The notes beneath the pieces are model-generated. The model was not told the DNA's origin. It ran no database searches and saw only the letters and a list, made by a program, of their open reading frames with translations. Both the position numbers and the translations under genes were made by a program. Shown here piece by piece: positions 1 to 12,609 of a DNA stretch of 64,000 nucleotides. The stretch lies in contig CM052816.1 in the NCBI GenBank assembly GCA_028534125.1, positions 59,522,001-59,586,000 of the forward strand, written 5' to 3'. This stretch comes from Lama glama. Lineage: Eukaryota. Numbering within the stretch: position 1 is the stretch's first letter; every line of letters starts with the position of its first letter.

Positions 1-594
1 AGAGAAAAGCTTCACAATTATGGAGACTTCATTGGTAGAGTTTCTCCATAGCCAGATTCACAACCTCAAAGTAGGGAAAAGCCACAGGGAAAGATAGCAT
101 TAGATCTCAAAACCAATTTGCTAAACTGGAGGAAGGCAAATGAATACATGCAGGTTAGGGTGGCTACAGGGAGAAAAAGTGACAGCACAAATGCAACACT
201 GGTTTTGGATAGGTTCAAGGAATTAGGCATCCAAAATTAAACACGGGTCAGAAAACCAAAAGTGGTTTTCAAAAGGCCAATTCAAGGCTGGAGCATGAAT
301 CAATGAAGCAGCCAGGAGGACACCTCCTAACATATTAGTAATGGTCAGACTCTGCAGAGGGGACTATATTCAGTCAGCAACTTACAATTCAAGTGACGAG
401 GGAAAGTGAAGCTTGATGAAGATGGTAGAAAATAGCATCAACTAAGAACACGAAAAGGGACGAAAGAAACCCAAATTATTTTGCTTGGGGAAGAAAATGA
501 AAAGATAAAACTTATTCCTACTGGCTAGTTTGCAAATAGGGATTATATGAAGTTGATGACCAGCCAGCCATTCCCCATCTCATGAAATAGAAAA

Positions 595-1203
595 AATAAT
601 CTAGAGGAAAGTCCGATTCAAAAAAATACATACACCTCAATGTTCATAGCAGCAGCATTTACAATAGGCAAGACATGGAAGCAACCTAAATGTCCATCAA
701 CAGATGACTGGATAAAGAAGATGTGGTATATTTATATAATGGAATACTACTCAGCCATAAAAAAGAATGAAATAATGCTATTTGCTGCAACGTGGATGGA
801 CCTGGAGATCATCATTCTAAGTGAAGTAAGCCAGAAAGAGAAAGAAAAATAACAGATGATATCACTTATATACAGAATCTGAAAAAGGACACAAATGAAC
901 TTATTCACAAAATAGAAACAAACTCACAGACATAGAGAACAAACTTATGTTTATCAGGGAGAGAGGGAGTAGAGAGGGATAAAAAAGGAGTCTGGTATTA
1001 GATACTAACTACTATATATAAAAAAGATAAACACAAGGTCCTACTATATAGCACAGAGAACTATATCCAATACCTTGTAATAGCCTCTAATAAAAAAGAA
1101 TATGACAAGGAATATATATGTATAACTGAATCACTATGCTGTACACCAGAAATTAACACAACATTGTAAACTGATTATACTTCAATTTAAAAAATAAATA
1201 AAT
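595..1203 (+). mobile_element. 5'-truncated LINE-1 (ORF2 C-terminus, 3' UTR, A-rich tail), artiodactyl-type
   Basis: ORF 640-852 [32 protein letters not shown]...[23 protein letters not shown] is the conserved L1 ORF2p C-terminus, here ending in a premature stop. It is followed by a typical 3' UTR and an (AAAT)n tail. Candidate TSD AAATAGAAAA at 585-594 and 1204-1213. Confidence 0.95.
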
Positions 1204-1249
1204 AAATAGAAAAGAGAAGAGTCCCAGAACAGGGACACTACGTCATAAG

Positions 1250-1272
1250 TGAATGAATGAATGAATGAATGA
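1250..1272. repeat. (TGAA)n microsatellite, probably an L2/MIR tail
   Basis: tgaatgaatgaatgaatgaatga seen directly. Confidence 0.85.
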
Positions 1273-2025
1273 CACAATTCACATTTTAAGGATGTGGACT
1301 GGTCACATTTAGAGAAATGATGTTGAAGGGGGCTGGTGGGGAACTCACTGGGCTCTTGATCGAGGAGTTGAATATCATGCCTAGGAGTGCTTAATAAAAG
1401 TTTACTGAAGCCTGGTTCTGCCAGAACGAACTCATGACCTGTTGACCATTTCTGTATACGGTTGAGGAGAAGTTGGGAGACAAGAAATGACTGAGTCTCA
1501 ACAAGAGTGGAAACAGACAGGATTCGGTTTAGGGATGTGGCAGAGGGAGTCCCCAGTGTGTGACTTGGTGAGAACTCCCCTGCCCTCCCCTGTAGGATAG
1601 GGATGAGCCAATGAACCCAGAGTGGCCTGCTGAACTGAGGAGGTCATGTTTGGGGATCTCTGAGCTGTTTAAATATTAGGCTTCTTTTTTTAATTAAGGT
1701 TCATATCCAGCAAACTATTTTCCATATTTGCTGATACTTTCTACTCTGGGTGAACCCCTCCAGCAGCCTGCCTCTTCAGGCTCTTCTAAGCAAAGGGTTG
1801 GAAAGGTTATTTTTTTTTTCTCCCGTTTTTAATTCTTGCTGAAGGTCAAAATGCTGTTATTTCATGAGAGAGCTCCCGAGAAAGAACCCTTAAAAAAAAA
1901 AAGGACGGGGCAAATGCACTGAAAATCCAGCCTTTTGCAACGAGGTTGAGCAATTCTGGCAAGTGTATTTCTACAGTTTCAGCTGTTATTTAACCATTTA
2001 ATGAGTGGTGAGCTCACAGCTAGAC

Positions 2026-2055
2026 CTGGAAAAGTCTGGAAAAGTCTGGAAAAGT
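2026..2055. repeat. Perfect 10-bp tandem repeat x3 (CTGGAAAAGT)
   Basis: ctggaaaagt ctggaaaagt ctggaaaagt. Confidence 0.95.
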
Positions 2056-2914
2056 AAACCACAGCTGATGGTGCTTTCAGTTCTTAGGCGACTGCTTTCA
2101 AGTTCATACGCTGGGCACAAGTCTCTGAGGAGTTGAGAGAGAAATCCGTTTTATGAGGATGATTACTGTGTGAGGCATACTGGGAAAACACTGGAAAATA
2201 TGACTCTTATGACATTTGCTGCCCCTGCCTTTACCATGAGGAAAACCTGAGGATCAATGAATTCTGATTGCGTGAAACCTACCACCACCCCCAATGTCAA
2301 CTTTCTTGAGTTAGGAGTGAACGAAGCTCTCTCTCTGGGAGTAGGTTTTCCAACTGCCTGTGTTTTATACTTGAGATTGAACTAGAGGGGAAAGGCGGAC
2401 TATTCAGGAAAAGCTATAATATTTTTTATGACCACATCTTCTTGATGTTGGTGTTTTGAGTCACACTGAGGATACTTTCAATAAATACAGACACTGAGAA
2501 ATTTGAAAACAATTTCTGAGTAAGTCGGGCCTGCATACGTGGAATTCAAAATGGAACAAATCTATCAGATTATTGAATGATAGTCTTAATCAATTAAAAA
2601 TTAGTTTAAGTGATTTTGCACTTAAACTAAATGCAATCTAAAATGATTTTGCACTTTCTGGTGAGGTTTCTAGAGGTTTATCCTCCCCACACATTTAAAT
2701 AAATAACCATGGAAACAAATGAGTGATTTGCTAACAGGTGACTGGAGAGACCTTATCTTGTCTTGTTGCTGCAAAGTATGAAGGCAGAGGGGGTAGCGGA
2801 AAAGAGTGTGGGACTAGGAATCAGCTCACCTGGGCCCTGACTTCTCCTTGACTGGTTCATGTTACCTCCCTGGGCATAAGGGGTCCCATATGAAAAAAGA
2901 GTGCCCCTAAGAAT

Positions 2915-3835
2915 CTGCCTGACATCACTGCCTAGATGTCCTCCCCGGCTCAGTCTCAGCAGATTCAGTACTGACGTCACCATCTCGCCTCGACAGCTTA
3001 CTCCTCTTCCCATGTCCTTGGGCACACTGAGAGAGCCATGGTCCACCTGGCCATCCAAGAACAAAGCCCCTGGAATTAACCTACCCTCCTGACTCCCTTT
3101 TTTTCTTCCTCCCATAATCTGTCTCCCTCTCTCATTCAGTTTGTCACAAAATCCGGCCATGTTTTCCTCCTAAGTATCTCTTGACTCTTTCCCCTTCTCA
3201 GCAGCGAACTTCCCAGAGCTCCTGTCTCAGGGCAGCCTGACACCTTCCCTGTGCTGCGTTCTTCCCTCTGGGCCCGTCTCCTCACCTCTCAGCAGCTGGC
3301 CTTCTCCCTGCCATCTGAGGGCTGCTTCTGAAGCTAAAATCTGCTTGCATCTTTGGACTACACTCCAAAAATCCTAGCATAACAGTACCCCAGAATCTAG
3401 TTCCTGACCAGCCCCATCTCTCAAAATCTGCCTTGTTCTACTGAGAAGGGAAATAAATGTGTGTTGTTCTCACACAAGCTGTGCTCTCTTGTGTCTCCAT
3501 ACCTTGGCACACACTTCTCTCTGCCAGCAACTTCCTTCCCACCTTTCTGAGATAGAACAACTGCATTCCATTTCTTAGATTCAAGGATTAGCATCTCTTG
3601 GAACCTTCTCTGCTCTCCACCCATCCTGCCCCTTTGTCCCCAGTCTGAGTAGAGTACCCCTTCTTGGAGCTTCTAAGCCACCCTGACTTTCATTGCACAT
3701 TGCAATTGTCCATTTACCTGTCTATGCCCACCTATCTTCTCCAGTAAACCCAGAGGGCAATTTACCCGTGCATCTCTGTACCCAGCCCTGTCCCTGATGC
3801 ATAGTAGGCACTCAAGTGTTCACTCAATGAAGGCA
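2915..3835 (+). mobile_element. Degenerate LINE-2 3' region
   Basis: ctgcctgacatcactgcctagatgtcctcccc...tcagtactga resembles the L2 consensus; ends with catagtaggcactcaagtgttcactcaatgaa (L2 terminus). Confidence 0.75.
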
Positions 3836-4384
3836 AGTAAAAGAAAATAAACTGAGCAAAAGGAGAAAGAATGAAAGAAAGGGAAGGAGAGAGAAAAACA
3901 AGGAATGAAGGAAGAGGATAGGAAAGAAAAAATGATTGGGGAGCGGTTTGGTGAAACTGAGTATTGAGATTTACGACTGAGGAAGTAAGACAAGACTACC
4001 TCACATGTCACAATGAGAAATTTGGATTTAATATTCTGGGTCATTGGGGGCTATAAAAGTTTTTTTTTTAAATAAAGAGGTGCACTTTGCTATTATTTTA
4101 AAAAGGTTTTATATTAATTTATTTACTTTTTGTAAAATAAGTGAATAATTACTGGGCTCTGAGCTAGACACTAGAAAGAGTGTGGGACTAGAGAGAGGTA
4201 AAATCTGAATTTTATGTCAAGGTTCACATAAGATGCGAATACCAGGAGATAGAGAGAGAGAGAGACAGGTAAGCGCCCTCTCTTGCTGGAGGCATTATGA
4301 TGGAAGCAGGAATGAAGCAGAGAGAAGGCTCAAAGGAGAGTGTGGTTGGTTTTCCCCGGTGAATGCTGGAGCAGAGTCTTAAAT

Positions 4385-4565
4385 GATCACCACGAGGAGG
4401 CTGGCTGGGTGCTCATGGAATTGTTTCTCTCTTCCTGGGCGCACAGCTGAACTCTGCTTCCCAGGCTTCCTTGCAGATGAAGGGAGGACGTTACTGAACT
4501 CTGGGCAACAGTATGTGGGAGGAAATAGACATTCTACTTCCAGGCTTGGCCCCTGAAACCTCCCA
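4385..4565 (+). mobile_element. Old MaLR LTR fragment (MLT1H/J-like)
   Basis: cttcccaggcttccttgcagatg...actgaactctgggcaacagtatgtgggaggaa...acttccaggcttggccc resembles old MLT1 LTR 5' part. Confidence 0.65.
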
Positions 4566-5829
4566 TAGGTTTCTAGGAATGCGAGGAGGTAGAGTGGGCT
4601 GATAAACCCTGGAGACTAGCTTGCTTTTCCAGGCCCTACTTAATCCCAGAATGAATGGCTGCTCTGATACAGATCAGTGTTCATGAATACAAGCCCCACT
4701 TTTTTTGAAATAAGAAGACTGAGGCCCTGAGGAGATTAAATGACTTGGCTGTACTTCTCATGAATGGATTCCCAGAGCCCTAGGCCCACAATGAGTTTGC
4801 CTCACCAGAAGAATTGTTCGCTTTTTTCTAAGCCTCAGCTAGCTGATCAGGAAGTCAGAACAGAAGTTAATTATCAATTGCCGTGATTAATTAATTACAA
4901 GTGCCTTGAACAACAGTCTTCCCTTTTAACTGGTTTGGTGTCTTACTTGAAATTGTTCCCTTCTCCTTCTCTTCAACCTCCTCCTCCTTCCCCTAGTCCT
5001 ATTTCCTCATATTCTCATATTGTCAGCTATATGGCAAGAGGGCAAATTATGTCACAATGACACACACACGAAGCAACCTCCTCAGAACTAGCCGGGATCA
5101 GCATCAGGGCAAACACTGTGGGTCTTGCTGGGGCCCTTTTGGAGGCTGAACGGAGGCCCTGAAAGCCAGCTTCAAGCCCTCCTCTCTAAGGAAAGGCATT
5201 CTGCCCACAGGGGGCAGAGAAGGGAGCCTTGGCTTTTTCTGGGTTCCAGGTGGCTACCCCTGCTCTGGGCACCAAGGCAGCCAGTGCTTCTGACACCTGT
5301 GCTCCCAGGTGGTCTCCAAAGTGATTGTAGCCTATGATTTGTCTCTGTGACTTACATAGGTTTGAGACCTATGTGTCCCACCTCTCCTGGGCCCTGGGAG
5401 GTCCTCACTGTGTGATTCACGGACCAGCACTGAAACTCAGGGCCCCTAGCTAGAAGCTACTGCTTTCCTGTGTCCTAATTCAGGAATGCCACCTCTCAAA
5501 ACAACAGTGACCTTCCGTACACTTTGGATGACCTGAGCAGGGGCTGCAGTCATGCCCCTCATTCCTAACAATAATTTGAGGATAATTGGGGAAGAATAAG
5601 TTTAAATATTCAAAACTGTATGAAGGCATCCTTTAGAAGCAAGGAACATTTTTCCCTTTGTTTTTATCACAATATTTATGGATCCACATTGGGGTTTTCT
5701 TTGTAACATGGATGTATCAAAGATCTCAATCAAGTTCAATAAAATATGGTGAGGGGTGGGGTGATGATGGAAGGCAGACAGCGGCAGGAATTAGGAGTAC
5801 TCTGGAGGTTTTTTGTTGTTGGATGTCTT

Positions 5830-6240
5830 TGTTAATAAGTCTGTGAAAGATCAAGAGAGAAAAAACAGAGTTGGGTAGGAGAAAACCGTGGATGGAGGTA
5901 TGGATCTGACAACTTGAAAAGGAAAGGGAGGAGAAAGCAGAATAGGGCAGGGAGATCACAGGCAGCAATTCACCTGAGAAAGCACGGTCAACCCAATAGG
6001 GGTTTCTAGAGCCAAGGTGGCCATAAGAGGAGGCCTCCACTGGGTGGGAATGGCCAGCTCCTAGTCCCCACTGTGCTCAGTCATTGGCTGAGGGCTGCCA
6101 GGGAAGACCAGGGTCTCAGAGTAAGGCTGGCAGATCCTGAAGGCACTGGTCTGGGAGGCTATCCCCTGACAGTGCTCCTTGAAGCTCAGGGGCAACTTCC
6201 TTCCTGAACTGAGGTCTGAGCAGGGCACCTCCACGCAGCC
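5830..6240 (-). mobile_element. ERVL LTR, LTR16-like
   Basis: gcagaatagggcagggaga...ctcagtcattggctgagggctgccagggaag matches the reverse complement of LTR16-family sequence as I recall it; boundaries approximate. Confidence 0.6.
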
Positions 6241-6483
6241 GTGGGTGCTGAAGAGTGGTGAGTGAGCACATAAAAAGAGAAGGAATGACAATTTTTTAAT
6301 TTTTAAATCAAGAAATGGTGTTCATCCTTCTTTCTCTTTTATTAAAAATAACCCATAGGTAGGCAGATGCATGTGATTATTGGTTGCAATAAAATGCACC
6401 AATCAAGCAACAGAATCCCGTTAGATTTTAAGAGCCAAGAGAGTAGGGTTGGGGATTATTTCACATTTTCCCTAGGTCTAGAG

Positions 6484-6679
6484 CAGGGGTCAGCAAACGA
6501 TGGTCCATGGACCAAATCTGACCCAAAGCCTGTTTTTGTGAATAAAGTGTTATTGGAACACAGCAAGGATTCTGTTGGGTATGGATACCTTCACACAACA
6601 ACAGCAGAATTGACTATGGTCTGCAAGGCTTAGAATATTTACTTTCTGTCCCTTTATAAAAATAGTTGGCTCACCCCTG
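6484..6679 (+). mobile_element. MER58A (hAT-Charlie MITE)
   Basis: TIRs caggggtcagcaaac ... gttggctcacccctg; internal cctgtttttgtgaataaagtgttattggaacacagc. Confidence 0.9.
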
Positions 6680-7161
6680 AACTAGCCCAAAACTGCCCTC
6701 TGACTTTCCCCTGTGTGACTGGCTCTCCTCTCCGCCTGATGATCTCTGCAGAATTAGAAGTGTCTGAAAACTCCTTCTAGACTGACTGACCACCCCCAAC
6801 ACACACACTACTGTTTCAGTGATGGGATGGGGCAGGTATAAGAGTGGGGCACTTGGGACTTGATTCGTCACAATAATCACCGCTTGAAGCTAAGGCTTTA
6901 AATCAGAAGGTGACTTTATATTTGTGACTGGGTGACACATTCTAGTACTATTCTGCAGGGTTTAGTCGATCAGATTACCTGCCAACAAGAGATCAGGTGG
7001 GATCTGGTGGATGGGGTGGGAGCAGGGATGCTGAGCAAAGGTCTAAACTGGGATTGATGCTTTAGGAGAGGGACCTGAGAGTCTGGAATGGAAACCCATT
7101 AAGAGTGAAGAGATGATGTTATAATTGCCTGACATCCATCATTTATGATGTTGACATAATT

Positions 7162-7470
7162 TCCATTCAAGAAGTATTTACTGAGCATGTACTATGTGCC
7201 AGACTCAGGTGCTGGAGATGCAGCAGTGAATGAAACTGACAAAAATTCAAGCCCTCATGCAGCTTACATTGCATTGAGCATGACAGACCATACGCCAGAG
7301 AAACAAGTGAAGTCCACACAAACTGTGTATACAGGTAGTCTGAGGGGTGGTGGCCATTGCTGAGGAAAAAATACAGCAGGGAAGTGAAATATGATTTATA
7401 TGTGCATTTGGGGGTTGTGGGAATAATGACGTCTTATGTGGTGTGCCAGGGCAGGACTCCCGAGTGTCTG
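7162..7470 (-). mobile_element. LINE-2 3' end fragment
   Basis: cattcaagaagtatttactgagcatgtactatgtgccag...gtgctggagatgcagcagtgaa is the reverse-complement L2 terminus. Confidence 0.8.
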
Positions 7471-8336
7471 AGTAAAGAGAAGTCAGAGATTTTTCATGGG
7501 TGGCCTCATCAACAAAACACTCAGAAAATTAGAAGAGAGAGAAGGAGAGAGATGAACATCAAATATTGGCATTCTAAAAGCATCTCCCAGACAACATTGG
7601 TCATCTTGACAAATATGTTTTATAGAAAGGAAATTAATAAAAAACAGAATTGCTGCTATAAATAATTATTTTTTAACCTGTGGCATCTTCCGAAGTAAAA
7701 TGCAAAGTAATAGTTGAAGAGGTTTGTGAATGTCAAACTGATGAATTTCAGGCCAATTGCAGCCTTGGCTACTGAACTCGCCTATAGGTTAAAACAAATT
7801 GCAGGTCTGCCCTTCTTAAAGGATTTCAGGCATGAGTATAGGGTTCCTCGCCATGTTAAAGTGCCACACAATAAAAGTCCCAGCTATAAATTTTGCTGTG
7901 CTTCCCGGCTAAATGGACGCTTTGAGTGGAGACAGACTGGCGGGAGCAGAGGTAGTTATAGCTTTGATTTACCACTGCTCTATCATTCCATCGTACTGAG
8001 AGTCCCGAGCCGTGATACTGAGGCATGCTGATTGGCAGCTGTTTAGAGACTGCGACAGCACCAGTGATGTCTAAACTTGGTCAGTTCGTAGTCAATACCA
8101 CCAGGACTTAGTGTGGTAAAGTCACATGGGCATCAGGAGACAAAGGACTGGGATATTTGCTAATAAATCTATTGAGAGATTAGTCCACTCTGACCCTCAT
8201 TTGTTTCCAGGAAGTCCTGCAGGATTGTAACTGATAGGAAATCACTTGTGAAAATCTGTTATTTGTCCTCAATAACACTTGTGAAGGCCAATTTATAACA
8301 TTTGCTTTGAATAACCAAAATTCAGGGCATCTCTAC

Positions 8337-8369
8337 TGATTGATTGATTGATCGATCGATTGATTGATT
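8337..8369. repeat. (GATT)n/(GATC)n microsatellite
   Basis: tgattgattgattgatcgatcgattgattgatt. Confidence 0.9.
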
Positions 8370-9911
8370 TAGTGTTAAAAAAGCTCAAATGAAGGTTGGC
8401 CAAACGAACAAACAAAATTTGATTTTTCAAAAAAAAAATCAACTGCAGATGTTGGAGATGAATTTAGTTGGATACTCTGTGGTTAGAACATAGCTGAGGT
8501 CCTTGCAAGAGGAGTATTTCATTCTGACTCCAGCCTTCTCCATTAGAAAGTAATGAATATATAATTGAAATCAATGAGAGAAGCTATGGTAGTGAGATTT
8601 TTTAAAAAATTATTTTTCAGTCTCCTGTTAGTTTTTCATCAGCTTTTATTCTGTGTTTTTATTTACTTTGATGTTGGTAAATCTCTCCTAATGCTGTAAT
8701 TATAGGAGTAAGACTGAATATGTTTTGCTCAACATCTGTGAGGAAAATGCAGTGTTTGATTTGTTCCTTTTTAATTTGCAGTTTGGAAGAGGTTGATTAA
8801 TCCACTGGTAGAGTCATCTGTTCCTTCTTAAGCTACACCCATTAGAGGTTGTTATAAATCCATCTGTGTAGTTAACTGAAATTTCTGGAGATTAAACAAC
8901 TGCACGGATCTGCAACCATATTAAAAAATATAGCTTCGCTCCTCAGTTAATGGGGATGTTTCTAAATAGTGCACATGGATCACACTTTGAATGTTCTTTT
9001 GTGTAAAGACATTGCATTTACTTGTCTGTAGCATGGGATGTAGTCATTCTGGTCATCTTCTGTCATCTTGGTTTGCGGTACCATATTGAATCAGAATTTT
9101 AGTGTTCACACACACAAAAAAACCCTCCAAATATTTGGTTGTGTTAAATCATATCTGGAAACTTCCTGGTCCAACTGTCTTTTGAAGGGAAGATCCCCAG
9201 AGAGGAGCGTGTGCCGACAATCACGTGCTTACTCACACCACCCCTTCTCCTATTGCTCCTGTGCAGTTGAAGCTTCATATGAACGCCAAATGCCTACCAC
9301 TTGAGCCAGTGAAGCCAAGCTAAGGGGTCGTTATCTCAGAAAGCCTCAAGGGGACTTTGCCCCTGCCCTGTTACGTTTTCAAAGGCGTGTGTCTAATGCA
9401 CTACTGGATACAATAAAACCCAGAACTTTAGAACTTCAAAAATTTTCCCTTTTGATTCACCTATGACAAAATGTGGAGAAAGGAAAAAAAGAAACTAGAG
9501 CTTGATTCATAGCTTTACCATGATCGTGAATTGAACATAATGAGGACCTCTGGAGAGTTGAAAAGTAAATTGAAAATACTGGGATGTGGAGCCTAGGCTG
9601 CCACAGCACCTGGGGGAGGACGTCAGTGTTACTGGGAAGAACTGAGAAGCTCTACTGGTGGCTCCCTGTTCTCAGCATTCCTGTGTCTAGTAGGGGAACA
9701 CTTGGAAGCCAGATTAAATTTACATCCCATTGGAAGATATTTTCATCTCTGTGCATCTGATAGGGGCACCGAGATTTTTAACAACTTCAAATGTATTTCA
9801 GAATTCTGGGAATGAGAGTTTAATTTCCGGTTTCCAATTTTCCAGGTGATAGCCAGGACAGAGAAACTCTCATCACATGGACCCACACTTGCAGGTTAAA
9901 AAAAGTTGCTG

Positions 9912-10140
9912 AATGTTAGGAGAGTAGATCCGAGAGTAGATCCTTTCTCATTACAAAGAAAAAAAAAACTTTCTATTTCTTTAAAAAACATTTTTTTGTC
10001 TCTGTAGGATGAATGTCAACCAAACGTACTGTGGTAATCATTTCACAATATACACAAATGTATACAAAAGTCATGTGATTATGCTGTACACCTTAAACTT
10101 ACACAACGTTGTCTGTTAATTACATCTCAATAAATGAGGG
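9912..10140 (+). mobile_element. Short L1 3'-end insertion (L1MA/L1MB-type)
   Basis: tgtggtaatcatttcacaatatacac...atgctgtacaccttaaacttacacaacgttgtctgttaattacatctcaataaa; perfect 12-bp TSD AAAAAGTTGCTG at 9900-9911 and 10141-10152; internal 12-bp tandem duplication gagagtagatcc x2 at 9920-9943. Confidence 0.9.
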
Positions 10141-10356
10141 AAAAAGTTGCTGGATCTGACATCCAAATTTAGCTGGTACTACTAAAACTTCGGTTTAAGA
10201 AAGGTGACAATCCTTCTGATTTCAGTTAATTTTAAATCTTCCTTAGTTTAAAACTCCCAGGCAAATTTAATGCAAGTAGAAATAATGTAGGCTATTTTTA
10301 TAGCATTTATTGTGAATACGATATTATGTGGGGAAAAAGGCATCTTACATATTAGT

Positions 10357-10456
10357 NNNNNNNNNNNNNNNNNNNNNNNNNNNNNNNNNNNNNNNNNNNN
10401 NNNNNNNNNNNNNNNNNNNNNNNNNNNNNNNNNNNNNNNNNNNNNNNNNNNNNNNN
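10357..10456. other. Assembly gap (100 N)
   Basis: N run. Confidence 1.
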
Positions 10457-10618
10457 CAAAATGTTATGATAAATCACAGAGAAAAAAATGTGACAATGAG
10501 TGTGTATATGTCCATGAATGACTGAAAAATTGTGCTGAACACTGGAATTTGACATAACATTGTAAAATGATTATAAATCAATAAAAAATGTTAAAAAAAT
10601 TAAAAAATAATAAAAAAA
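10457..10618 (+). mobile_element. Young L1 3' UTR end and A tail emerging from gap
   Basis: Nearly identical to 18753-18896 (caaaatgttatgata...tgtgacaatgagtgtgtatatgtccatgaatgactga...aaatcaataaaaaatgttaaaaaa). Confidence 0.92.
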
Positions 10619-11894
10619 TTCCATTTTGTGAATAGACGCACCCCTATATTCCATCTTGCAATCATCTGCAGGATGTAAATATGGCAAACTATTAGGTATC
10701 AACCCAAAGATCCCCACAGGGCTCAGGAAAATGATGTCTGGTTGACTGGAGAGAAAGAATGAGTGACACAGAAAAGGGCTTCAAAAAATAGCCTCTCGGG
10801 TTGCCCAGCTGATCTCAGGATGCGGCTCAATGTGCATTGTTCACGACCATTTAAAAAAATGTCTTTGCTTGAGTGAACTTGAAAAAATGAGGGGCATGTG
10901 AATTAGTCCAAATTCATATATTTGTTAACAGAGGGTCGACTCCAGAAGGACAGCCAATGTATTTGCTTCAGAGGTCAACGTGTAGCTTCTGAATTTCAGT
11001 CCAATTAGGTCAAAGTAGCTCATATGTGACATCCTGCTGCAAGCCCCAGGCTGTGACTCACAGGGCCTTCTGCTGCTGCTAACAATATCAGCTTTAAAAA
11101 TTCTGATAAAGGACCTTAGAAAATACATAGAGTACTTGAGCCCAGACACCTGATGCAAATCGTGTGCATCTTTCCTTTTCTCTGCAACCCTAAATTTATT
11201 ATTAAATTCCTGTTCCCCAAATTGGGCCTGTGGAAAAGGATCTTGAGTAATCCTAGTGTCTTTTATCATTTCCCAAACCGCAAACCTTTTCTATAAAAAT
11301 ATCCAGGCCCCTTTCTACTATCACTTCTGAATTTAATTTACTGGGTGTTTTTGCCTCTAGATCTCATTTTTCAGGAGTGCAACTGTAGAATTGAACCCTT
11401 AAAGAGTTGGGTTGGGTGTCTAAGTCATCTAAAGCAGTTCTCTAAGACACAGGATTAAAATTTTGCATTTTCTCCCACTGCATTTTGGAGAGAAGGTCAA
11501 AGGAAGGGTGGTGAAGACATTGAACCATCTAGACCAAGGCTATCAGGGCATGAAGGTGTGTGCAGGTGCAGACCTGGATGTCCTCCCATTGAGTCGGACT
11601 GAAAGACAGACACTGGGACACTGAAGTGGGCTCTCCAGAAAGGCTGCCTGCTGGAAATACCCAACAGTTATGAGAACCACCTGGATTTGAAGTTGAACTG
11701 TTACCTGGACCTCCAGAGACAATTCAAAGAAGCTGCTTTTGGTGAACTTGGGGTGAAACGTTAGGATGACGGGCAGAGCATCTCATGATTTGATGTCCAA
11801 ATTGTAAGAAAGTGCAGTTGGTTTTGGTAAAGCTTGCATTTTAAAGCTGTTTAAATTAGACTTTATGAGACTGTTAGAGATTAAAAGACAAAGA

Positions 11895-12055
11895 AGTTCA
11901 GTAGAAAGAGCATGACACAAAAAGACCTGGCTCCCAATGTCACCCTGTTACTCAGTCAACATCTAATGTTGGGTAACTCAACCTTTTAGGGCCTAATTTT
12001 CCTTAGGGATTAAAAAATCACCTACGAAGTCTTTTCTAGCTCTACAATTTTCATT
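11895..12055 (+). mobile_element. MIR SINE remnant
   Basis: gtagaaagagcatg...agacctggctcccaat...gggtaactcaacct...cttttctagctctacaatt. Confidence 0.55.
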
Positions 12056-12068
12056 TAAAAATATTTTT

Positions 12069-12290
12069 TGGAGGGAAATATAAGTTAGGAGTTTGAGATT
12101 AGCAGGTACAAGCTACTACTTACAAAATAGATAAACAATGTGGTCCTACTGTATAGCACAGGGAACTATATTTACTATCTTGTAGTAACCTAATATGACA
12201 AAGAAAATATATACATATAACTGAATCACTATGCTGTGCACGAGAAACTAACATTGTAAATCAACTATATGTCAATTAAAAATAAGTAAA
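12069..12290 (+). mobile_element. L1 3' UTR fragment (same lineage as 595-1203)
   Basis: ggagtttgagattagcag...gtcctactgtatagcacagggaactatat...ctgaatcactatgctgtgcac...cattgtaaatcaactata. Confidence 0.88.
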
Positions 12291-12609
12291 TATTTTCCTG
12301 ACTTCCTTTCTACATTAATATTCAAATGAAAACATGCAGAACAAACTTGAGTGGGTGAGAAAGAGATGTTGTCATTAACCCTTACTCCTCCCACCTTTAC
12401 TACCCCTAATAAAACTCACAGCTCCCTAAGCTCCCGCTAACACTTCTGTATTTTCTCATCGGGAATCTCTCTGGGTCAATGATAACAGATGGGTACTTTT
12501 TACTCAGTTGTAAATAAAAAGGCCATTAGACGATTAAATCAATATTTAGACATTCAGATAAATTAACTACTAGCTAGTTTACACAGTTTCCTTCATGTGC
12601 ATATTATAT

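Noticed and set aside
640..852. 70-aa ORF (and 18222-18572) with real protein similarity
   Set aside because: These are C-terminal remnants of L1 ORF2p in truncated retrotransposons, not host genes.
7948..7965. let-7-like AGAGGTAG..TATAG in the hairpin 3' arm
   Set aside because: Only the first 9 nt match let-7d, the rest does not, and it sits on the 3' arm whereas mature let-7 comes from the 5' arm.
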